This document shows, piece by piece, positions 57,341-64,000 of a stretch of DNA of 64,000 nucleotides. The number at the start of each line of letters is the position of its first letter. Position 1 is the stretch's first letter. The translations under genes were made by a program, and so were the position numbers. Below the pieces are notes generated by a model that did no database searches, was not told the DNA's origin, and worked only from the letters and a program-made list of their open reading frames with translations. Location of the stretch: IMG/VR virus record IMGVR_UViG_3300032053_000007. One strand, given 5' to 3'. Source of the stretch: a virus (Duplodnaviria > Heunggongvirae > Uroviricota > Caudoviricetes).

Positions 57341-57634
57341 ATGGTCGAAATAAAAATCTATGTCGTAACAACGGAAAACCCAGATAAGACAAAACTAGAT
57401 TCTGTGAAAGTTCAACTATGCGGTGCATTCGGCGGTTTAACCGTCATTAATAACTGTGAGGGTCTATGGCTAGATAACGGAAAATTATACGCGGACAACG
57501 TACAGATTTGGCTCATAGAAAGTTCAACTGTGGTTTCTCCTGAACAAATAATGAAATATGGTGAAGACTTAAAGGCAATATGCAAACAAAAATCTCAAAT
57601 GATAAGCATAAACGGACACCCATATTTTGTTTGA
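57341..57634 (+). CDS. hypothetical protein
   Basis: own TATA, tatact initiator region, AAGGACGTG SD. Confidence 0.6.
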   Translation: MVEIKIYVVTTENPDKTKLDSVKVQLCGAFGGLTVINNCEGLWLDNGKLYADNVQIWLIESSTVVSPEQIMKYGEDLKAICKQKSQMISINGHPYFV

Positions 57635-57645
57635 AACAATTTCCC

Positions 57646-57655
57646 TCTTTTTTTG
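57646..57655 (+). terminator. oligo-T terminator
   Basis: ctctttttttg after stop 57634. Confidence 0.45.
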
Positions 57656-57708
57656 ATATAAACCTTTATATAGAACGCTGACATTATACTATTGAAGGAC
57701 GTGTGAAC

Positions 57709-58302
57709 GTGGAACACTTACAACTTAGCGCAATATGCGAACACTTAACACAACTAGAGGACACGGACGCGGAAGGACTCTTCGATTTAAGCCTAGAATC
57801 ACAAGTGCAGTTCTTAGAATTCTTTAAACACTATAAGGACTGTGAAAAAGGCAAGGCTAAAGGAAAGGGCTTTGGAAATTGCTGGAAATTGAATTCTAAG
57901 CGTAATCCTAACGTATTTACCCATTTAGAGGCACAATTTAAGAGATTAGTGGACGACTTTAACCTAGAGTTGAACCATGAGGTACGCATAAAAGTTAAGG
58001 ATAGGTGCAACCGCTGGCACATTTTCAAATTAGACTTCTTTGACCCTAAGACCCAAATTGACATAGAAATAAGCCCAAATTGGCACAAGAATTACCTTTT
58101 AGTCGTAAGACGTGACGCATTGCGTAGAAGGCTCTTAAAACGGGTCGGGATTCGAAGTCTAACGGTTCCTGTAGTATATAAGGGCAAACACGGACACATA
58201 GATTATATAAGAGCGAAACGAATAATAAAGATAATCAAAAGTGCAACCGTCAGCCCTAACTCACTAGACTACTATACAACTAATAAAGAGGTGAATGAAT
58301 AA
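57709..58302 (+). CDS. endonuclease-fold protein (DUF559/Vsr-like, weak)
   Basis: KLDFFDPKTQIDIEISPNWH resembles DF..(h)IE.DG..H core; GTG 57709 after AAGGACGTG. Confidence 0.4.
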   Translation: MEHLQLSAICEHLTQLEDTDAEGLFDLSLESQVQFLEFFKHYKDCEKGKAKGKGFGNCWKLNSKRNPNVFTHLEAQFKRLVDDFNLELNHEVRIKVKDRCNRWHIFKLDFFDPKTQIDIEISPNWHKNYLLVVRRDALRRRLLKRVGIRSLTVPVVYKGKHGHIDYIRAKRIIKIIKSATVSPNSLDYYTTNKEVNE

Positions 58303-58535
58303 TGGAATATTTCGGAAATTGTCCCAAATGCAGACACCACACGATAGTTAAATCCGTGAAGGCTATAAAAAGTGCAACTGCGAGACTACCACAGCGTACA
58401 AGCGAATGTATCAACTGCGGAACAACTGCAAGAATAACCATAATCGGCGAAATAGTTAAACTTGCAGGGATAACTAACGTGGTCAACCCAGAGTTTGCAA
58501 CGGTAAACAGACTTGTGGTGCGCCTGTGGAGTTAA
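58302..58535 (+). CDS. zinc-ribbon protein
   Basis: CPKCRHH..CINCGT; TAATG overlap. Confidence 0.55.
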   Translation: MEYFGNCPKCRHHTIVKSVKAIKSATARLPQRTSECINCGTTARITIIGEIVKLAGITNVVNPEFATVNRLVVRLWS

Positions 58536-58537
58536 AC

Positions 58538-58577
58538 CACCGTGACATGCACGGTGCAACTTTCCCTTCTTTTTTTA
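58538..58577 (+). terminator. hairpin plus T-run terminator
   Basis: caccgtg-acatg-cacggtg ..cttcttttttt. Confidence 0.55.
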
Positions 58578-58642
58578 GTACAACTTTCTATTAACTGAAA
58601 ACTTAGCGAATTTTTAATTTTCTTCCCTGTTCGAATATTGTC

Positions 58643-58762
58643 TTCGATTCACCACAATGACGTGCTATTGAACCATACTCTCCATTGTGATGAATTTGTG
58701 TCCCACTTCGAGGTATGGTCTTTTCCCATGCTTTTCTTCGAATGTTGACTTCGATTCATCAC
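58643..58762. repeat. TTCGATTCAYCAC iteron-like repeats with hairpin
   Basis: ttcgattcaccac 58643, gtgatgaat 58687 (inverted), ttcgattcatcac 58750; related set at 59592-59780. Confidence 0.5.
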
Positions 58763-58830
58763 GAATTTTGGAAACATTGTTGGCATGGATGGAACGGTAC
58801 GGCGGAGCCGTGCGGCGAACTTAGCATTTT

Positions 58831-58846
58831 TTAATCAACTGATTAA
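58831..58846. promoter_or_regulatory. TTAATCA-NN-TGATTAA palindrome
   Basis: ttaatcaactgattaa, 20 nt upstream of TATA 58867. Confidence 0.55.
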
Positions 58847-58909
58847 CTCAGGACTGAGTAGGAATGTTTATAAGACTCGATGCTATTATACTCTTAAGGA
58901 CGTGGAATA

Positions 58910-59170
58910 ATGGCAAGAATCTTTAAAGTGAATGAAACCACAGAAATACTCTGTGAATTTGTGAGCACAAGAAGCGGTTTTAGACATGATGCAAGGCTGT
59001 TCAAAAATGGCAATGAATACGAAAAGGCTAAAGTATGCTACGTAAACAGAACATGGGAGAAATTTGACTTCGAAACCGTCATACATAAACTGCTAGAAAA
59101 GACGGACGCTTTGACCGAAACAGAAAAAGAGCAATTCAGAACCGAATTAAACAACAAATACGGCTATTAA
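58910..59170 (+). CDS. hypothetical protein
   Basis: TATA 58867, AAGGACGTG SD. Confidence 0.6.
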   Translation: MARIFKVNETTEILCEFVSTRSGFRHDARLFKNGNEYEKAKVCYVNRTWEKFDFETVIHKLLEKTDALTETEKEQFRTELNNKYGY

Positions 59171-59206
59171 CCCCCCTACCCCCTTTTTGTTTTTTTGGTG
59201 ATAATC

Positions 59207-59308
59207 ATGGAACAAAAAAGACGAATTCGGACACAACCGAAATTAAAAGGAAATCTCGGCAAACTGTTTAATAAGCGATTTTTTGAACTGCTCGAACAGA
59301 ACCGATAA
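59207..59308 (+). CDS. basic mini-protein (33 aa)
   Basis: SD TGGTGATAATC-ATG; flanked by T-run terminators. Confidence 0.4.
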   Translation: MEQKRRIRTQPKLKGNLGKLFNKRFFELLEQNR

Positions 59309-59445
59309 AACTCCCTCTTTTTTTGACTTGCAAACTTAGCGGAAAAACAAATTTTAACTTAATATATACCTATGTGCGTTACACCCCAGACAGTTACCCC
59401 CAGAAGTTCAACTTTCGGTTGACCACAACCTTTATATAGGTCGCC

Positions 59446-59497
59446 ATACCGAAACGTTTATATACTACCCTATACCGAAACCCTTATATACTACCTA
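59446..59497 (+). repeat. two 26-bp tandem repeats each carrying a TATA box
   Basis: ataccgaaacSYttatatactaccYt x2. Confidence 0.55.
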
Positions 59498-59591
59498 TTT
59501 GACTTCATAGTTCCTGTTCTAACCATACAACACCGTCACTTATAAACCTTCCTATTTAACTGTTCAACAATAATACAGTTAGTACATTGTG

Positions 59592-59780
59592 TTCGATTCA
59601 TCACAACGATGAGAGCGAAAATTTCGTTCGAGAAAATATACATGAAAACACCATAGTACGAGTAACCACTTCGAAAACACACATATGGGGCAATAAAAAG
59701 ACCATTGTGGTGAATCGTAGCCAATTTCGAAGCATGGGAAAAGCATGGTAAATTCTCGAATCGTGACTTCGATTCACCAC
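59592..59780. repeat. TTCGATTCAYCAC iteron-like repeats (second set)
   Basis: 59592 (+), 59707 (inverted), 59768 (+); central ttcgaagcatgggaaaagcatgg resembles reverse complement of 58716-58752. Confidence 0.5.
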
Positions 59781-60024
59781 GCATAGGAACAAAAGTTCAC
59801 CGTGAGTTCAACTGTGGGTGACATTCAATTCAAGTGATGCGTGTCCATGTAATATACGCTTAACGCGAGGCTCTGGTTATGAACGTGGGCACGGGACTAT
59901 TTAAACGTTTGCTTTTAACTGTTTAACGTGACTACACATGACCATATAAACTGTATATTTGACCTACACTTTAAAGCCAACCTTTAAATACTACGTTCGA
60001 CACGTTACCTAATGGTGAACAAGG

Positions 60025-60498
60025 ATGCCAATAAAAACCGTGGAATTTGTCTTATATCTCTCGGACGTTGTAAACTTAGGCTTTTCAGAATTGACGATTC
60101 AAAAAATTAAGCAGAGATTGATAGACCACTTTTCATTTGGTACGAATTTACCAGAGAATTACGTTGTAATTTATCCTCATATTGTAGCGTTTGAGATGCA
60201 CAACGAGGATAAAATTGTTCGCAAATTTAACTATACAGTTCTGCATGAATTGATACACGGATTACTTGAAGAGAGTGAACTTAATACAGAAGAGATGTGC
60301 CACGCTTGGAGTATGATACTAACCGATGACCGTGAATCAAATGTAAGCGGTCAAGGACACCACTATTATCAAATGTTAAAAGGACGAACAGAAATCGTTG
60401 TAAACGAAGAACCCAAATTCGAGGCGGAAAAGCTAAACGCGGCGCGGAATTTGTCCAGAATGCGATTAGTGAAACACCATGAGCTAACAGGACTTTAA
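60025..60498 (+). CDS. small HExxH metallopeptidase-like protein
   Basis: VLHELIHGLLEE. Confidence 0.55.
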   Translation: MPIKTVEFVLYLSDVVNLGFSELTIQKIKQRLIDHFSFGTNLPENYVVIYPHIVAFEMHNEDKIVRKFNYTVLHELIHGLLEESELNTEEMCHAWSMILTDDRESNVSGQGHHYYQMLKGRTEIVVNEEPKFEAEKLNAARNLSRMRLVKHHELTGL

Positions 60499-60581
60499 AC
60501 CGCGAAGTATATAAACCTTCTGGTTTTACCCAAACCTTTATTAATGACCGTGCTATATTATATCTCAAGGATGTTGAAAAA

Positions 60582-60884
60582 ATGGCAAACGTATTTAGTG
60601 TTAAACACTACGTAAAAATTGCCGAGCTAATAGGCAAGGCAAAAGACTTAGACGAATTTTACAGATTTTTCGTAAAGTTCGCACAAGCCGAAAACCCAAA
60701 ATTCTCTATTGAGAAGTTCTATAAAGCGGTTCAGAAAAGCCACCAATTCGGCGGAATCGGGTGCGGTGCGCCCGAATTAGCCGAGAAACCCCAAAAAGAG
60801 TGGGAATTTCCTCAAGAGGCTATAGAATCGGACGGTCAACCTGACGAAGCCCAAGAATGGCACGATTTCGACCCTGACGCTTAA
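60582..60884 (+). CDS. hypothetical protein
   Basis: own TATA (tttattaa); track ORF. Confidence 0.6.
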   Translation: MANVFSVKHYVKIAELIGKAKDLDEFYRFFVKFAQAENPKFSIEKFYKAVQKSHQFGGIGCGAPELAEKPQKEWEFPQEAIESDGQPDEAQEWHDFDPDA

Positions 60885-60901
60885 AGCGTCCCTCTTTTTT
60901 T
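60876..60901 (+). terminator. hairpin plus T-run terminator
   Basis: gacgc-ttaaa-gcgtc cctcttttttt (overlaps stop). Confidence 0.55.
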
Positions 60902-60992
60902 ATCCATAACATGTAACATAACATGTTTTCCATGCTTTGACCATGCCTGACATGACATAAAGGTTTATATAAGTCGGTTGATATAGTAGTAC

Positions 60993-61166
60993 ATGGCGAG
61001 AAAAATGAACACACACAACAACACACAAGTAAAAACTCATGTCGGGACTTTTCAAGTGAAATACCACCGTGACGGCGGAAAAGTCGGCAGTACGAGCGTG
61101 ATTATCCGAAAGAAGCTCGTTTATGAACCCTATGACATTTTAGCCTATAAATTCGGAGCAAAATAA
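60993..61166 (+). CDS. hypothetical small protein (57 aa), leaderless
   Basis: ATG 22 nt after TATA 60964-60971. Confidence 0.45.
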   Translation: MARKMNTHNNTQVKTHVGTFQVKYHRDGGKVGSTSVIIRKKLVYEPYDILAYKFGAK

Positions 61167-61168
61167 AA

Positions 61169-61291
61169 ATGCCAAAAACTTGTTTAGGAAATTTGACTCG
61201 TGACTGTTCTGGGACATGTCCAGATTATCAGGAATGCCTTAAAAAATACATGGACATGGAAATAAGAACGTCAGAACATAACAGAGATTAA
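61169..61291 (+). CDS. Cys-rich mini-protein (40 aa)
   Basis: C..C..C..C; ATG 2 nt after previous stop. Confidence 0.4.
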   Translation: MPKTCLGNLTRDCSGTCPDYQECLKKYMDMEIRTSEHNRD

Positions 61292-61522
61292 TGCAACCGA
61301 GGCGGTTCACGGGAAGTTTAACTTTAAGTTGGTTTCTAATCATGGTATCCGTGTCCATGTAATATCCCGTTTTTTCTCGCGCTGAGGTTGTCGCCCTCAA
61401 TAGTAACGTGTGCATCGAGGTATATAAACGTTTGCTTTCAAGTGTAGAACAGGACTACAGTTTAGCTACACAACAACGTTTATAAGTCACGGTGATATAA
61501 TATAGTTAAGGACGTGTGTGAC

Positions 61523-62035
61523 ATGGACGCATTAAAAAAAGCTCTTGCGGTTAAGCGTAAAATGATTCACCCAGAACGACAAAATTTTTGTCTAAACAAA
61601 CTTAGTGAATTCTCGAAACGCTTAATATTAGGAATTCAAGACACACCTTATATTTTGCTTCCTGACCAAAAACAAACCTATTCTATCGATTTGAACCTTA
61701 AGCAATGCCGAAAAGCTAAACGGGACGGTTTACAGAACGTAATTCGTGCATCATGGTCAAATCTGCCTTTTAGAAATAAAAGCGAATTTGATATTATTTA
61801 TGCTGATAATTTCGGCGATAGAAAAGACATTAACGAAATAGCGCACGAAGTAAATCGACTGAAAACCAAAAAGCTCATCGTTTTAGGTGCGGCTAGAGCA
61901 TTCAGGAAGCCAGCGAAGCGTAAATGGAAATATCTGCTCAAAACGAGGTTCCCTAAGCTAAAGCTCCAAGAATTACGGAAGGACGGCGGTTATTGTTCCA
62001 CGGTGCAATGGACAGCAATACTGTATAAGCGTTGA
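61523..62035 (+). CDS. hypothetical protein
   Basis: trimmed to ATG 61523 after AAGGACGTG; NLPFRNKSEFDIIYAD only weakly methyltransferase-like. Confidence 0.55.
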   Translation: MDALKKALAVKRKMIHPERQNFCLNKLSEFSKRLILGIQDTPYILLPDQKQTYSIDLNLKQCRKAKRDGLQNVIRASWSNLPFRNKSEFDIIYADNFGDRKDINEIAHEVNRLKTKKLIVLGAARAFRKPAKRKWKYLLKTRFPKLKLQELRKDGGYCSTVQWTAILYKR

Positions 62036-62091
62036 ACACTTAAATAGGAACGTTTATATAGCTCGCCGCATACGTTACTATTGGTGAAAAA

Positions 62092-62223
62092 ATGACCAAC
62101 AACAAAAAGCCCAAAAAGTTGAGCACGGAAGACTTTAACGCGATATTTGACGCGATAAGGAACACGGAAAAACACCCAAAAATAAAATTCTCATGTCGAA
62201 CGTTCAGAGGAGTCAGGGACTAA
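62092..62223 (+). CDS. hypothetical mini-protein (43 aa)
   Basis: TATA 62053, SD TGGTGA, T-run after stop. Confidence 0.45.
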   Translation: MTNNKKPKKLSTEDFNAIFDAIRNTEKHPKIKFSCRTFRGVRD

Positions 62224-62310
62224 AACCCTTTTTCTTTTGTAGTTCTGTTGTACACTTGAATCGAAAGGTATATAAGGAACGGTGTACACATACTATTGAG
62301 GGAAAAACTC

Positions 62311-62538
62311 ATGGCAAGGACAATAAGGGTTAACGTGGTTGTGTGCTACAGAAATAGGCTTACAAGAATGTTTAAAAACGTTGAACTTGACATAACACAC
62401 ATAAACGAACTTAATAACCGTAACATGTCAAGAGCGTTCGAAGAACAATACCCTAAACTCGTGGCAAAAATCCCAACGTGGACGGACAACCGAGGGTTTA
62501 CTTTTAGGGCTAACTTCGAATGTGAACCGCTCTACTAA
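62311..62538 (+). CDS. hypothetical protein
   Basis: trimmed to ATG 62311; TATA 62266; T-run after stop. Confidence 0.55.
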   Translation: MARTIRVNVVVCYRNRLTRMFKNVELDITHINELNNRNMSRAFEEQYPKLVAKIPTWTDNRGFTFRANFECEPLY

Positions 62539-62758
62539 AACCCCAATTTTTTGTGTATTTCTGTTCTACAGTTAAAAGCGAAGGTTTAAATAGGTCGGCG
62601 ATATACTATATTTGTCGAGCGCGGGACTCGGCGGCGCGAGCTATCGGATATTACATGGGCACGGACGGCAAGAATCCACCGAAACGTTTATAAGCAACCG
62701 CCTCACCAGAACCTTTATAAGTCTCTGTGCTATACTATTCTATAAGGACTGTGAAAAC

Positions 62759-63052
62759 ATGATAGACATGAATAAGGTCAGTATGGCGTTAACTCTAACA
62801 AACGCGAAGTTAAACGCTCTCTCAACAGAAAAATACAACACACTAAAAGCCTCTGTTGACGTACCACTTGAACCGCTGGAAATAGTGAAATATCAGAATC
62901 TAAAAGCTATCGCCCAAATAGAACAGAAAATTTCACTCGAAGTTGCACTCTGGATATACACGGCAATTGAGCATTGGGCAAAAACGACACTAGGAGAAAA
63001 AATTCTGATAACTCAAATGATAGCTGGCTGGGCTGGGATTCTTCGCAAATAA
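62759..63052 (+). CDS. hypothetical protein
   Basis: track ORF 62612.. trimmed: its 5-prime part covers two TATA boxes and a GC-rich hairpin. Confidence 0.55.
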   Translation: MIDMNKVSMALTLTNAKLNALSTEKYNTLKASVDVPLEPLEIVKYQNLKAIAQIEQKISLEVALWIYTAIEHWAKTTLGEKILITQMIAGWAGILRK

Positions 63053-63141
63053 ACCCTTTCTTTTCTGTATTATTGTTCTACAGTCAAAAGCAAACGTTTA
63101 AATACCTCTCTGAACATATACTATTATTGGTGAAAAGCGCA

Positions 63142-63288
63142 ATGAGAAACCGAAAAAGAGAATTTAGTTATGAAGAGCAACCTAGACAAATAGCTCTAGC
63201 ATTTGAACGTGAGCTATTGATAATCTGCGCTCAAGTAGAACAAGCCGAAAAAATCGAAGCACAAAAAAGACGAGGTTATCAAGTATGA
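63142..63288 (+). CDS. hypothetical mini-protein (48 aa)
   Basis: track ORF 62974.. trimmed to ATG 63142 after TATA 63097 and SD TGGTGA. Confidence 0.45.
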   Translation: MRNRKREFSYEEQPRQIALAFERELLIICAQVEQAEKIEAQKRRGYQV

Positions 63289-63377
63289 GCGAATTACTAA
63301 TAGCTCTCTTAGGCATCTTTTCAGCGTGGTTTATCTCTGACCAACTGATACAGAACGTAGGCAAAAAGAAAAAGTAA
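63285..63377 (+). CDS. TM mini-protein (30 aa)
   Basis: ATGA overlap; LLIALLGIFSAWFI. Confidence 0.4.
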   Translation: MSELLIALLGIFSAWFISDQLIQNVGKKKK

Positions 63378-63393
63378 GAGGGCTTCAATACAG

Positions 63394-63412
63394 CACGGGC
63401 TAATTGCCCGTG
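63394..63412 (+). terminator. terminator-like hairpin
   Basis: cacgggc-taatt-gcccgtg. Confidence 0.4.
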
Positions 63413-63573
63413 TTCCTAGTGATTAGCCTCTAGGTAGAATATAGCTAACTGATGAACCTTATAGGCTATGGTTTATAGGGTCAAGGTTGTTGCACTACAC
63501 TTGCAAGCTAGAGGCTATCACACAATAATACTTTTAGTACAACTAATTAGTTACACTTTTAGTTATACCAAAT

Positions 63574-63751
63574 CCTTATATACTAGCCTGTTTCACTTGT
63601 GCACAACACTACTATATAAACCTTTCACAACCCTTATATACTAGAGCCTCACTCACGAGCACAGCACTACTATATAAGGCTTACGCAACCCTTATATACT
63701 ACACCCTACCCCCTACCCCTATTTAAACTTATCGCAACGCTTATATACTAG
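63574..63751. repeat. 58-bp tandem repeats carrying inverted pairs of TATA boxes
   Basis: ccttatatactag at 63574, 63632, 63690 (and 63739); ctactatataa at 63610, 63668. Confidence 0.6.
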
Positions 63752-64000
63752 ACCCGCCCCTCTACCCCCTTATAAAGCTATCGGACAATTCTCAGTTGCA
63801 CTTTCGGTTGCACCCACAAGAGCACTAACAATTATCACAAAAAGTACAACTTTCAGTTACATCAACAAGTCCCCCGCCAGTTCCACCCACAGGCGAATCA
63901 GAGGTAATATAGTCCCCCCCTAAACACAGGAATTCGATTTTGGTGGATGGGACTAAGCTGGGTAAATTGCCCTATGTTTCAACTGGGTCATGATGTTTCA

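Noticed and set aside
61523-62035. A SAM-dependent methyltransferase call for 61523..62035, based on NLPFRNKSEFDIIYAD.
   Set aside because: No glycine-rich motif I is visible and the resemblance is a single short segment. It is left as hypothetical.

Overview
AT-rich, very gene-dense window. I count about 195 short ORFs, and nearly all are on the + strand. It reads like an archaeal virus or plasmid-type mobile element rather than a cellular chromosome (inference). The supporting signals are BRE/TATA-type promoters (TTTATATA about 27 nt before starts, some leaderless), GGTG-type Shine-Dalgarno sites, mixed ATG/TTG/GTG starts and oligo-T terminators. I could not recognise any rRNA, tRNA, CRISPR array, integrase, capsid or terminase.

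Recognisable products:
- two GT2-like glycosyltransferases
- an RNA/DNA ligase-like nucleotidyltransferase
- a Cys-X5-Arg phosphatase
- a ParB-like nuclease-domain protein
- a KaiC/RecA-like ATPase
- an SPFH/prohibitin protein
- a 10-aa-repeat surface-type protein
- a P-loop ATPase
- a pair made of a vWA protein with an HExxH motif and a MoxR-like AAA+ ATPase
- four HNH-like proteins
- six small HExxH proteins
- two Lar-like proteins

The dominant, unusual signals are:
1. About 84 mini-genes (30-130 aa, mostly zinc ribbons) sit in butt-joined arrays. Each ends in a V-x-F-T/D tail encoded by a conserved ~20-nt junction, which also carries an SD and an overlapping stop/start.
2. A rigid bipartite promoter cassette, GAGCATGG-N3-TTCT...TTTATA with an invariant 24-bp offset, occurs 31 times.
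3. A 16-bp palindrome, TTAATCA-NN-TGATTAA, occurs 23 times, placed upstream of promoters or on the predicted transcription start.
4. Paralogous repeat-rich noncoding hubs contain promoter-driven candidate small RNAs, a 180-nt element with a covarying hairpin, TATA-box arrays and iteron-like repeats.

Many ORFs in the supplied track are N-terminally over-extended or are antisense artefacts. I re-trimmed these and added about 70 ORFs below the 60-aa cutoff. Shorthand used below: 'tail' means a C-terminal [V/I]-x-F-[T/D/S]; 'ovl' means a 4-nt ATGA/TTGA/GTGA stop/start overlap.
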